Assembly: GCA_041937175.2 (NCBI GenBank)
Contig: CP166615.1
Span: forward strand, 4,000,001-4,064,000
Direction of reading: 5' to 3'
From: Limnothrix sp. BL-A-16
Lineage (GTDB): Bacteria; Cyanobacteriota; Cyanobacteriia; CACIAM-69d
DNA length: 64,000 nt
Shown: in pieces, positions 40,490 to 49,906 of the stretch
How positions within the stretch are numbered: the stretch's first letter is position 1
Layout: each line of letters opens with the position of its first letter
Program-made: the position numbers and the translations under genes
The notes under the pieces: model-generated
Seen by the model: only the letters and a program-made list of their open reading frames with translations
Told to the model about the DNA's origin: nothing
The model's database searches: none

Positions 40490-40601
40490 GTTTCGTAGGA
40501 AGCGCTTGCAACCATTGTGTTGATCTCATCCCCGGTCTTCATGAGGCCAATGTTCAAAAAATTTTCCCTGATTACTCCTTGAATTCCCTTAGAACATTCC
40601 C

Positions 40602-43127
40602 ATGAACTCTGCATCTCCTCTGTCTCTGTCGGTTTTGGTGATGGCGATCGGCTGGTTGGCCGCTCCCGCTGGCGCTGAGTCTGTTCCCCCGGAGCCGCTC
40701 GATCGATTCCGCAGCACCGCCCCCGCCACCTCGGTAGAGTCCTGGCTGGCCCAAGCCGATCGCCTGGCCACCGTGACTCGTGTGGTGGTCACAGCTCTGC
40801 CCGATGAGTTGGAAATTGCCCTGGAAACTCCAGCCGGTCAGTCCTTGCTGATTGATGCGAACCTGTTTCGGGCCGAGGGCAACCAACTGATCGCGGAGAT
40901 CAGTAACGCCAGCTTGGTGCTACCGGAAGGAGCAGAGTTTAACCAAGCCGATCCCACCACCGAAGTGGCCTCGGTGCGGGTTTGGCAGGTTGCACCCGAT
41001 CGAATCCAAGTGGTGGTGACGGGTCGTAATGGTTTACCCGTTCAGGACGTGACCTTGGCCACGGGTGACTTGGCCTACAGCCTGAACGTGGATGCCAATG
41101 CGCCCGAAGAAGAATTAGTTGTGACGGGCCAGCGATCGCCCAGTTACCGGGTTCCCAATGCCTCCAGCGCCACTGGCACAGACACCCCAATTCTGGAAAC
41201 GCCTTTCTCGGTGCAGGTGATTCCCCAAGCCGTCCTGCGCGATCAGCAAGTAATCAACATCGAAGATGCGCTGACCAACGTCAGCGGCGTGTCCTATGCC
41301 GGGAGTAACAGCGGTCGGGAATCGACGGTTAGCATTCGCGGATTTGGTAACCAATATCCCGCCACGGTCTCGATTCTGCGAGATGGCTATCGGCTTTATG
41401 GTTCCTTTCAAGCGATTCCCGAAGTCGCCAACCTTGAACAAATTGAAGTGTTGAAGGGGCCAGCTTCCATTCTGTATGGGCAAATTGAACCGGGTGGCAT
41501 TATCAACCTGGTGTCCAAACAACCCCTCGCCGAACCCTTTTATGAAGTCGAACTTCAGGGCGGCAGCAATGAATTAATTCGTCCTCGAATTGACTTTGGT
41601 GGCCCGCTGACGGCAGATGGTAGCTTGCGCTATCGGCTGAATAGTGTTTATCAGCACCAAGCCCCTTTTCGGGACTTTGAAACTGATACCAATCGCTTTT
41701 CGATCGCACCCGCTCTGGCTTGGAAAATTAGTGACCAAACTGATTTATCGCTCAACCTTGAATACATTCACCAGAAGGGGCCGTCTGACTTTGGTCTAAG
41801 TCGATTTGAAGATGGGGTTGCACCGGTCGATCGCGAGTTGATTATTACGGATCCTGAGGACTCCATTACAACGGACTATTTCAGCACCGGTTATCAATTT
41901 GAGCATCGATTTAGCGACAACTGGAAAATTCGCAATGGCTTCCGCTACATCAGCTATGACTATGACTACAGTGTGGTGGCGCTTCCCCTGACTGCCAACG
42001 GACCCAGGGTCACTCGCTTCTATGCTGATCAAGATGGGGAGGATCAATCCTACACCTTGCAAACCAGTCTTGTGGGTACTTTCAAAACCGGATCGATCGC
42101 CCACCAAGCAACTATTGGTCTTGATCTGAATCGTAGTGAATCGCGAATTTCTACGCTGTTTGATCGCTCGAAACCGTCAATCATCAACATTTTTGACCGC
42201 AATTATGATGCGGTGGTTCGCCCCGATCGCTCTGATCTACCCCCTTTCAATGATGACCTGACCACTGCCAATCGTCTCGGATTTTATCTTCAGGATCAAA
42301 TTAATCTCACGGACAATTTGATCGTGGTTGCCGGTCTGCGTTACGACACGATCGGCATTGAAACAGAAGATCAATTGGGCCGTCGCGAAGGCAACAACAT
42401 TGAACTGAGTTCTTGGACACCGCGCCTCGGGATTCTTTACCGCCCGATTCCTGAACTGTCGCTGTTTGCCAACTATTCGCAGTCATTTCGCCCCACCACT
42501 TCGACCGGTGCCGATGGTTCAATCCTGAAGCCTGAAGAAGGTGAAGGGTTTGAGGTGGGCGTGAAGGCTGAATTGTTCGATCGCCGCCTCCTGGCCACCC
42601 TCACCTACTTCGACATCACCAAACAAAATGTGCCGGTGACTGATCCAGATAACCTGCTCTTTTCGGTTTCTTCAGGAGAGCAACGAAATCGCGGAATTGA
42701 GCTTGATTTGATTGGTGAACTGTTGCCCGGCTGGAAAATTTTGGGTTCCTATGCCTATATCGACAGCGAAGTTACGGAAGATACCAATGAGGCGCTGATT
42801 GGAAATCGACTGTATGGCATTCCTGAGCACAAAGCCACTCTTTGGACGACCTACGAAATTCAGTCGGGTTCCTTCAAAGGACTGGGCTTTGGGGTGGGGT
42901 TTGAATATGCGAGCGATCGCTATGGCAACCTTGCTAACGACTACAAAATTGGAGACTATTTCATCGGAAATGCTGCCATTTTCTATCAGCGGGATAACTA
43001 TCGTTTTGCCTTGAACTTCCGAAACTTCACGGATGAAACCTACATCAAATCCACGGTGGGAAGCAACACGGGTCTCGAAGTAGGTACACCTTTCACGGTC
43101 ACTGGATCGGCTTCCATTCGGTTCTAG
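40602..43127 (+). CDS. TonB-dependent siderophore receptor, copy 2
   Basis: Same motifs; tandem paralog of 37967-40489. Confidence 0.95.
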   Translation: MNSASPLSLSVLVMAIGWLAAPAGAESVPPEPLDRFRSTAPATSVESWLAQADRLATVTRVVVTALPDELEIALETPAGQSLLIDANLFRAEGNQLIAEISNASLVLPEGAEFNQADPTTEVASVRVWQVAPDRIQVVVTGRNGLPVQDVTLATGDLAYSLNVDANAPEEELVVTGQRSPSYRVPNASSATGTDTPILETPFSVQVIPQAVLRDQQVINIEDALTNVSGVSYAGSNSGRESTVSIRGFGNQYPATVSILRDGYRLYGSFQAIPEVANLEQIEVLKGPASILYGQIEPGGIINLVSKQPLAEPFYEVELQGGSNELIRPRIDFGGPLTADGSLRYRLNSVYQHQAPFRDFETDTNRFSIAPALAWKISDQTDLSLNLEYIHQKGPSDFGLSRFEDGVAPVDRELIITDPEDSITTDYFSTGYQFEHRFSDNWKIRNGFRYISYDYDYSVVALPLTANGPRVTRFYADQDGEDQSYTLQTSLVGTFKTGSIAHQATIGLDLNRSESRISTLFDRSKPSIINIFDRNYDAVVRPDRSDLPPFNDDLTTANRLGFYLQDQINLTDNLIVVAGLRYDTIGIETEDQLGRREGNNIELSSWTPRLGILYRPIPELSLFANYSQSFRPTTSTGADGSILKPEEGEGFEVGVKAELFDRRLLATLTYFDITKQNVPVTDPDNLLFSVSSGEQRNRGIELDLIGELLPGWKILGSYAYIDSEVTEDTNEALIGNRLYGIPEHKATLWTTYEIQSGSFKGLGFGVGFEYASDRYGNLANDYKIGDYFIGNAAIFYQRDNYRFALNFRNFTDETYIKSTVGSNTGLEVGTPFTVTGSASIRF

Positions 43128-43188
43128 TTTTAGAGGATGCCTGAAAAGCCAAAATTGCTACTCTGTCCGCCCCGGTGATCGACCCAGA

Positions 43189-43208
43189 CAAGGGGCTTAA
43201 GCCCCTTG
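43189..43208. repeat. 20-bp perfect palindrome, copy 2 (REP-like)
   Basis: Identical to 6695-6714. Confidence 0.85.
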
Positions 43209-43376
43209 CTCCCACAATAATTGATGCCTAGCCCGTACTGCAAGTTACTTCCCAGATATTCTCTTCAGCCTCGGTTCTGGAGTTGATTTCTGGTTTGTCA
43301 TCTTCCCTGTTCTAGCCATAACCGATGCTTGAATTAGCGTTTCAAGCATGACTCAAAACGTTCTTCAAACCCAACC

Positions 43377-44150
43377 ATGATCATGACAAAGAACCACGCG
43401 ATCGCCCTGCTGACCTTGAGCTTGATCACCGCTTGCCAATCTGCTCCAAGCCCTGAAGCGTCTAGCCCTGCCAGCCCTGCCGCTGTTGAATCCGCTAGCA
43501 GCCCCCAAGCTACCGATGCTGCGATCAAAAATGCTGCGGCTAATGACAATACTCGACATTTTGATCAAGCCCTTTATGCCCTCGCCTATCCCGAAGTGAA
43601 TAAAGAGGTGAAAGCCGGTAAATTCGCTTCTCCCCTCGCCCACTATCAAGCCGTTGGACAGTCAGGAAAAGATGCCAACGGCGAAGACATTGCGGGCTTT
43701 TTTATGGGCACGGGTGGCAATGACACCATTTCGGGTTTTGGCCATCACCCTCACATCTCAGGCGTGGCATTCGAGATTCTGGCTGATAAGGGCGGTGAGT
43801 TGCCAATTCGCCCCAAAACTTTGGGTCAAGGGGAGGTCGATCGCCTGGTGGGTCAACCCGGCTCCGAGGATGAATTTATCCTGGGCAGTTTGATCACGAC
43901 CGCTAATCCCAAGTCTGAGACTTTTTATGTGGGTAAAGGGGACGCAGACTACGCCCAAATTGACAATTTCAAACCCGGTGAGGACACAATTTTGCTCGCA
44001 GGTAAACCGGAAGATTACACCCTTCAACCCCAGGATAAAACCCTGCGTATTTCAACTAAAAGCGGTGATTTGGTGGCGATCGTGCAAGGGGTCGATCGTC
44101 TCACGGTGGGTGATGTGGTGGCCGATTACGGCATTTTCATCTTGAAGTAG
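43377..44150 (+). CDS. Hypothetical lipoprotein with RTX-associated-like motifs
   Basis: Lipobox LITAC, Ser/Pro/Ala linker, GTGGNDTISG, DYAQIDNFKPGEDTILL. Confidence 0.7.
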   Translation: MIMTKNHAIALLTLSLITACQSAPSPEASSPASPAAVESASSPQATDAAIKNAAANDNTRHFDQALYALAYPEVNKEVKAGKFASPLAHYQAVGQSGKDANGEDIAGFFMGTGGNDTISGFGHHPHISGVAFEILADKGGELPIRPKTLGQGEVDRLVGQPGSEDEFILGSLITTANPKSETFYVGKGDADYAQIDNFKPGEDTILLAGKPEDYTLQPQDKTLRISTKSGDLVAIVQGVDRLTVGDVVADYGIFILK

Positions 44151-44194
44151 ATTTTCAGGATTGATTTTCAACTAAATCGGAACCCGAGGGGACT

Positions 44195-45325
44195 ATGCAA
44201 GCTCGCCAAATTCGATCGATCCTATTTCCGCTGCATCGTTATCTGGGCTTAGTCGTTGGCCTAATTTTGATCGTTGTGGGTATAACGGGAAGCTTGCTGG
44301 TGTTCTCCCACGAATTGCAAGATCGGCTGGTTGTTCAAAAATTTGGCGAAATTGCCCCCCAAGAAACCCTGGTCAGCATTGACCAAGTGTCCAATGCTGC
44401 CCAAACCTTTGCTCAACAGTTATCGGGTTCCATGGTTGAGGGCATTTTGTTTCCTCAGCATCCTGGCCAGCCTTACCAAGTTCGCCTTTGGCAGAGTGAT
44501 CAGCTCATTCAGCTTTTTATTCATCCCTACAATGGAAAAGCGCTAGGAACCCTATCAGCGCAAGATAACTGGATGAATTGGACTTTCCGTCTGCACTATC
44601 AATTATTAGCCGGCACTACTGGCTTGATTATTGTGGGAATTTCGGGTTTCTTAATGACTATTTTGGGTATTACTGGCATTGCACTTTGGCCCGGTTGGCG
44701 ACGGTTGGCAGCGGGTTTCAAAATTAAGTGGAATACTCACCCAAAGCGACGCAATTTTGATCTTCACAAGGTTGTGGGTATCATTGCCGCTGTTTTTTTA
44801 GTGCTGACCGGATTCACAGGGTTTTGTTGGAATTTTTACGCCCAATCAACGGCGGTCACTAAGGCAATTACCTTCACCCCTGCGGAGCCGGTTTGGCAGT
44901 CCAAGGTGTTGCCCAATCAAAAACCCTTGCCCTTGTCGGAACTGGTCGGGCGATCGAACCAAGCATTACCCGGAGCTGCCACGACTTTTATCGCGCTGCC
45001 CAGAACACCGGATGGAGTGGTGCGGATTGGCAAGCGCCAGAGCCACGAACCCAGCTCCTACGGCCAGAGCAACGTGATTCTGGATGCCTACAGCGGCCAA
45101 GTGTTGCGGGTAAATGACAGTCGGCAGGCGGCCTTGGGCGATCGCGTCTTGAGCAGCTTTGGACCGCTGCACTTTGGCACCTTTGGCGGTTTGTGGACGC
45201 GCTGGCTTTATGTGCTGGTGGGCCTGTCCCCGATCGCCTTAATGTGGACGGGCGTGAGGATGTGGCAGTATCGCAAACGCCCCAGCGCTCCAGCCCAACC
45301 TCAACCCGATCTCCCCAGCCCCTGA
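44195..45325 (+). CDS. PepSY-associated TM helix domain protein
   Basis: LHRYLGL..G..TGSLL, RLHYQL, DLHKVVG, PLHFGTFGG; His residues in TM segments. Confidence 0.9.
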   Translation: MQARQIRSILFPLHRYLGLVVGLILIVVGITGSLLVFSHELQDRLVVQKFGEIAPQETLVSIDQVSNAAQTFAQQLSGSMVEGILFPQHPGQPYQVRLWQSDQLIQLFIHPYNGKALGTLSAQDNWMNWTFRLHYQLLAGTTGLIIVGISGFLMTILGITGIALWPGWRRLAAGFKIKWNTHPKRRNFDLHKVVGIIAAVFLVLTGFTGFCWNFYAQSTAVTKAITFTPAEPVWQSKVLPNQKPLPLSELVGRSNQALPGAATTFIALPRTPDGVVRIGKRQSHEPSSYGQSNVILDAYSGQVLRVNDSRQAALGDRVLSSFGPLHFGTFGGLWTRWLYVLVGLSPIALMWTGVRMWQYRKRPSAPAQPQPDLPSP

Positions 45326-45447
45326 CTCCCATCCACCGCCCCGATCGCCCCCTTTGCAAAAGTTTTGTCCTAGAGAAGGGTTGCTTCCCGCCCAAGTTGG
45401 CGATAATGGGAAAACCATTGCTAACTCAGCGCAGGAGCCGCGCCCGC

Positions 45448-46635
45448 ATGAGCAACACTGAGCCACTTCCCGCAAGCAAGCTGGTTCAATGGTGGGAATC
45501 GCTCTCGCCGCTATCACGGTTTCTATTCTTTGCCCTGGCTGCTCCCCTGACCGTGCTCAATGCCTGGGCCTTGGCCACGATTTTTGGCTACTTCCAATCA
45601 TTGCTGGGGGTGTTGTTGGTCACGGCTTTGCTGGCCTTTTTGCTGAACTATCCCGTGAACTGGCTAGCGGCCAAGGGTGTGAAGCGAGGGCTGGCCGCCG
45701 TCGTGGTGTTTTTGGTGGCCCTGTCGATCGTCATTGGTGTGGGCGTGACCCTAGTGCCGCTGGTGGTGGCACAGGCGCAACAGTTGGTGGCGCGGCTGCC
45801 GGAATGGATTGACTCGGGCCAGCGCCAACTGATGATGCTGAATGAGCGAGCCGACTTGTTTGGTTTGCCCATCAGCTTAGATGGCGTGATTTCCCAACTG
45901 AACGATCGCCTCAAAACCGAACTCCAAAGCATTGCCGGCCGCACCCTCAACTTGGCCCTGAATGTCACGGTGGTGACGGTGGTTCGGTTGTTGGATGTGG
46001 TGTTAACCATCGTCCTCACCTTCTATTTGCTGCAACACAGCGAAGAAATTTGGGATAGCTTGATTGCTTGGCTACCCGATCGGGTTCAGCAGCCCTTTTC
46101 CCGCACCCTGCGATCGAGCTTCCAAAACTACTTCATTGGGCAAATCCTCACGGCCACCTGCTTGGGTCTGGGGTTAACCACCATGTTTGTGTTGCTCAAA
46201 ATTCCCTTTGGCCTACTCTTTGGCCTCACCATTGGGTTGATGGCCCTGGTTCCCTTTGGCGGCTCCGTGGGCATTGGCACGGTCATTTCCCTGATTGCCC
46301 TTCAGGATATTGGCCTGGCCCTGCAAGCCTTGGCTGCGGCCCTGATTGTGCAGCAAGTGGTGGAAAACCTGGTGGCTCCTCGAGTGTTGGGCAGCGTGAC
46401 GGGCCTCAATCCCTTTTGGGTGTTTGTGGCCATCCTAACCGGTGTGCGTGTGGGCGGCCTGTTGGGCGTGGTGGTGGCCGTGCCCATGGCTGTGTTGCTC
46501 AAGGAAGCCTTGGCCAATTTGCGGGCCCAAGATCCCACTCCCGGTGCTGTGAAATCTCTGCCCGAAGTGGAACCGGAATCACCATCTGTGGGTATTGCGG
46601 CGGCGGCCCCTTCCCCGGTTGCGGAATGCGATTGA
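45448..46635 (+). CDS. AI-2E family transporter
   Basis: AFLLNYPV, ENLVAPRVLGSVTGLNP, GGLLGVVVAVP; AGGAG before ATG 45448. Confidence 0.9.
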   Translation: MSNTEPLPASKLVQWWESLSPLSRFLFFALAAPLTVLNAWALATIFGYFQSLLGVLLVTALLAFLLNYPVNWLAAKGVKRGLAAVVVFLVALSIVIGVGVTLVPLVVAQAQQLVARLPEWIDSGQRQLMMLNERADLFGLPISLDGVISQLNDRLKTELQSIAGRTLNLALNVTVVTVVRLLDVVLTIVLTFYLLQHSEEIWDSLIAWLPDRVQQPFSRTLRSSFQNYFIGQILTATCLGLGLTTMFVLLKIPFGLLFGLTIGLMALVPFGGSVGIGTVISLIALQDIGLALQALAAALIVQQVVENLVAPRVLGSVTGLNPFWVFVAILTGVRVGGLLGVVVAVPMAVLLKEALANLRAQDPTPGAVKSLPEVEPESPSVGIAAAAPSPVAECD

Positions 46636-46814
46636 TGTCTTGCATTAAGTCATCATTTTTCAAATCAAACTGATCAATTGGAGTCGCTTTAAAAGCAACG
46701 GTTCTGAGCGTCATTCAATAGTATTGATTGTGAAAAAGTCGGGTAGGCTAATTTGCTTGCTCTCTCAAGATTGAGATCGTAAAACTGAACAGAAGACCAA
46801 TAGCCAAGCTTGTT

Positions 46815-47417
46815 ATGTCCTGTTCAGTTGCCCTGATCCTGATTGGGTTCCAAAACGACTATTTTGCTGCCGATGGGATCCTGCGGTCTGTGATTGACCA
46901 GGCTGTCCCAGTCGATCGCATCTTAGACAGTACGGTACAAGTGGTGCGCGGGGCGATCGCCCATGGAGTCCCCACCATTGCAACCCCAATTTTTTTCACC
47001 CCCACCTATGAAGAATTGGTGGATCCCGTTGGTATCCTTAAAACCGTCCGCGACGTGGGAGCCTTCCAAGCAGGGCAAAAAGGGTCAGAAATGGTTGAGG
47101 CCCTCTTGCCCTTTCAAGATCAAATTTGGGTTGTGCCCGGAAAGCGGGGTTTAAACGCCTTCACGGGAACCTCGTTGCATGAGCTGCTCCAAAAACATCA
47201 AATCACCCAGATTGTGTTGGCCGGTGCGGTCACTTCCGTTTGCATTGACTCCACCGGTCGGGCTGCCCACGAAAAGGGCTATCGCGTGTCAGTTTTGGCC
47301 GATTGCACCTGTGCCAGAACCCAATTTGAGCAGGAATTCTACTTAGAAAATGTGTTTCCCCTTTATGCCAATGTAATTTCCGCTGAGTCCTTTCTTGAGT
47401 CTTTGGCGGATGTCTGA
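46815..47417 (+). CDS. Isochorismatase-like cysteine hydrolase (first triad Asp replaced by Gly)
   Basis: LILIGFQNDY, GKRGLNAFTGT, GAVTSVCIDSTGRAA.EKGY. Confidence 0.85.
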   Translation: MSCSVALILIGFQNDYFAADGILRSVIDQAVPVDRILDSTVQVVRGAIAHGVPTIATPIFFTPTYEELVDPVGILKTVRDVGAFQAGQKGSEMVEALLPFQDQIWVVPGKRGLNAFTGTSLHELLQKHQITQIVLAGAVTSVCIDSTGRAAHEKGYRVSVLADCTCARTQFEQEFYLENVFPLYANVISAESFLESLADV

Positions 47418-47550
47418 AAAGTGTTTTGAGATACCGAGCTAGGGGCCAGCAGTTGGCAAAGGCGCTTGAGCATCCTGTGTTTGCCGGTGACTGGAGCTTG
47501 CAGAGTATCCATTGGGGCTTTTCAGACATCCTCTTAGGTAAAACAGGATA

Positions 47551-48972
47551 ATGACCGATTTTAGTAAAGGTGATGAGCTAAACACCCAAATTCAATACCG
47601 ACTTATTGAAAGGCTGGCGGAGTCAGAACGCCGTTATCGAACTCTGGTTGAGAACCTCAGTGAAATTGTTTTTAAGGTTGATCATTTGGGTCAAATCACC
47701 TTTTTAAATCCGGCTTGGACGAAGATTCTGGGGTTTCCCATTAACTCCTGCCTGGGTAAACCCTTGGCTCAGTTTATGGACGAAACCGAGCAAGCTAGTT
47801 GGCAAATGACAATCGCCAACTTAGATCATTGCGCCATCTTGCGACAGGAACTTCACTTTCGAGACCACAATCAGCAAACAGTTTGGTTAGAAATTACGAT
47901 TCAGCCCCGTGGTGCAGATGGTGAATTTTCAGGATCCTTAACGGATGTGACCGATCGCCACCAGGCTGAGCAATTGTTGCAACGGATGAATACGGAACTC
48001 GAAAAACGGGTTGCCCAACGAACGCAAGCTCTAAATGCGGCTAATCAGAAGTTACAGGCCACGATCGAGCGGCTTCAGCAAACCCAATGCGAGCTGGTGC
48101 AGTCTGAAAAAATGTCGGGCTTGGTGCAGCTTGTGGCTGGGGTTGCCCACGAAATCAATAATCCCGTGAACTTTATTCATGGCAATTTGGAATATTTAGA
48201 AGAATATCTACAAATGCTGATTCAGTCCTTGGAAACGTATCAAGCTCAGAATCTGGAAACCACCGCTACGATTCCATTACTCACAGAACCGATTGATTTG
48301 GATTTTTTGAAAGAGGACTCTCAAAAAATCATCAACTCGATGCGAACAGGGACGCATCGAATTCGGCAAATTGTCTTGGATTTACGCAATTTCTCGCGAA
48401 TTGATGAATCTGAGTTGAAAACCATCAGTGTGCATGAAGATATTGATGGAATTTTGAAAATCCTAGGCTATCAACTAAAAGCAAAACTGCAATCCATTTC
48501 GATTTCAAAAAACTATGGTCAATTACCTTTAATTGAATGCTATCCCCGATATTTAAATCAGGCATTGATGAGCATTTTGGAAAATGCGATCGATGCCATT
48601 GAGGAAGCTGTTAAAAAAGTAGACTCAAAAATTATTATGCCCAGTAGTTCCACTTATTTTGGAACCATTGAAATTAATACGTTTGTCTTGGATAGCCAAT
48701 GGGTTGCGATCGAGATTTCCGATAATGGTATTGGTATTCCGTTACTGATTCAGGGCCAAGTTTTTAATCCTTTTTTTACGACGAAGGATGTGGGTAAGGG
48801 AACCGGGATGGGGCTGGCCATTAGTTACCAAATCATTACGGAAAAACATCGGGGGAAACTCAGTTTTCGATCGCAATACGGCCAGGGCACAACTTTCACG
48901 ATCCAAATTCCAATTCAGCAAACCAATTTGGCGGATTCGCCCGCGCAGGAGTCGGCGAATTCCCAACGCTAG
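47551..48972 (+). CDS. Cytoplasmic PAS-domain histidine kinase
   Basis: SERRYRTLVE...FLNPAW...DVTDR PAS, AHEINNP, NPFFTTKDVGKGTGMGL; no TM. Confidence 0.92.
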   Translation: MTDFSKGDELNTQIQYRLIERLAESERRYRTLVENLSEIVFKVDHLGQITFLNPAWTKILGFPINSCLGKPLAQFMDETEQASWQMTIANLDHCAILRQELHFRDHNQQTVWLEITIQPRGADGEFSGSLTDVTDRHQAEQLLQRMNTELEKRVAQRTQALNAANQKLQATIERLQQTQCELVQSEKMSGLVQLVAGVAHEINNPVNFIHGNLEYLEEYLQMLIQSLETYQAQNLETTATIPLLTEPIDLDFLKEDSQKIINSMRTGTHRIRQIVLDLRNFSRIDESELKTISVHEDIDGILKILGYQLKAKLQSISISKNYGQLPLIECYPRYLNQALMSILENAIDAIEEAVKKVDSKIIMPSSSTYFGTIEINTFVLDSQWVAIEISDNGIGIPLLIQGQVFNPFFTTKDVGKGTGMGLAISYQIITEKHRGKLSFRSQYGQGTTFTIQIPIQQTNLADSPAQESANSQR

Positions 48973-48974
48973 GC

Positions 48975-49769
48975 CTAGGCTTTGGGGGTGGCAAGCTGGG
49001 CCTGGAGGGGGCGGGCATTGCTTCCCAATCGGGTTTGCAACTCGGTGAGCAGGGCGGGGGCGATCGCCTGGGGTTCTGGCAACAGCAGCCAAGTCACCCC
49101 TTCAGAACAGGGGGGCGTGGTGAGGGAGCCTTGGTAGTGGTAGAGCGATCGGGGAATGGGGGGCAACAGGTCGGCGGGGTTCCCTTGCCAAGCGCGATCG
49201 AGGCTGGTTCCGAGGGCGATCGGGGCGCGGGCTAATAATTCTTGCAACAGTTGGGGGGCGGCCTGCGGGGGACTGGCGGCCTTGGTTGGGGCTGCGGCCG
49301 TTAACCAAAGACCCAACACCAACAGGCCCCCGGCCCGATCGCGATGGACAAAATGCACTTCTGCGGGGAAGGTGCGGCCAGCGCGGTGATGCTCGCTGGG
49401 GTGGTGAAAATGGAATTGCAAGAGGTCATGGGGGCGATCGCCCAGATGCAGGATGCAAGCGCCGGGCGGGCAGTCCACCAAGATCGATCGCCCCGTGTTG
49501 CGGGCCGTCAGGGGCGCGGATTGGTAATCCAACCGCAAATCCACGGGCCCAAGCTGTTCCTGGGCGGTCAGGTCGATCGGGGATTGGCGCTGGCCCAGGC
49601 CACAGGTCGCAAAGGCAGGATCCAACTCGCTCCAGTGGTTGGGGCCGGTGGGGCCGTCATAGCTCCAACGGGTGGCGGCCCGAACGGGGCGATCGCCCAA
49701 TCCCGCCCAACTGCCAAGGGCCCCGCCCAGCGCGAGGGATCCTTGCCACAACCACTGACGACGTTTCAT
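48975..49769 (-). CDS. Alpha-class carbonic anhydrase with Tat signal (EcaA-like)
   Basis: MKRRQWL, QSPID, QFHFH.PSEH, EVHFVH, GSLTTPPCSEGVTW. Confidence 0.92.
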   Translation of the reverse strand: MKRRQWLWQGSLALGGALGSWAGLGDRPVRAATRWSYDGPTGPNHWSELDPAFATCGLGQRQSPIDLTAQEQLGPVDLRLDYQSAPLTARNTGRSILVDCPPGACILHLGDRPHDLLQFHFHHPSEHHRAGRTFPAEVHFVHRDRAGGLLVLGLWLTAAAPTKAASPPQAAPQLLQELLARAPIALGTSLDRAWQGNPADLLPPIPRSLYHYQGSLTTPPCSEGVTWLLLPEPQAIAPALLTELQTRLGSNARPLQAQLATPKA

Positions 49770-49856
49770 GGCTTGCTCTTGACTTCCGAATGGCCTGATT
49801 TCTAGTTCCCGATTCCCAAGGTTCAGGAACCAGCGTTCAGGAACCGGTTCCCAAGC

Positions 49857-49888
49857 AAAAGGAGCGATCACCGGGGCGATCGCTCCTT
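49857..49888 (-). terminator. Intrinsic terminator after the RNase R-like gene
   Basis: 11-bp stem AAGGAGCGATC/GATCGCTCCTT ending in TTTT on the minus strand. Confidence 0.65.
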
Positions 49889-49906
49889 CTAGGATAGGCA
49901 GCGGAT

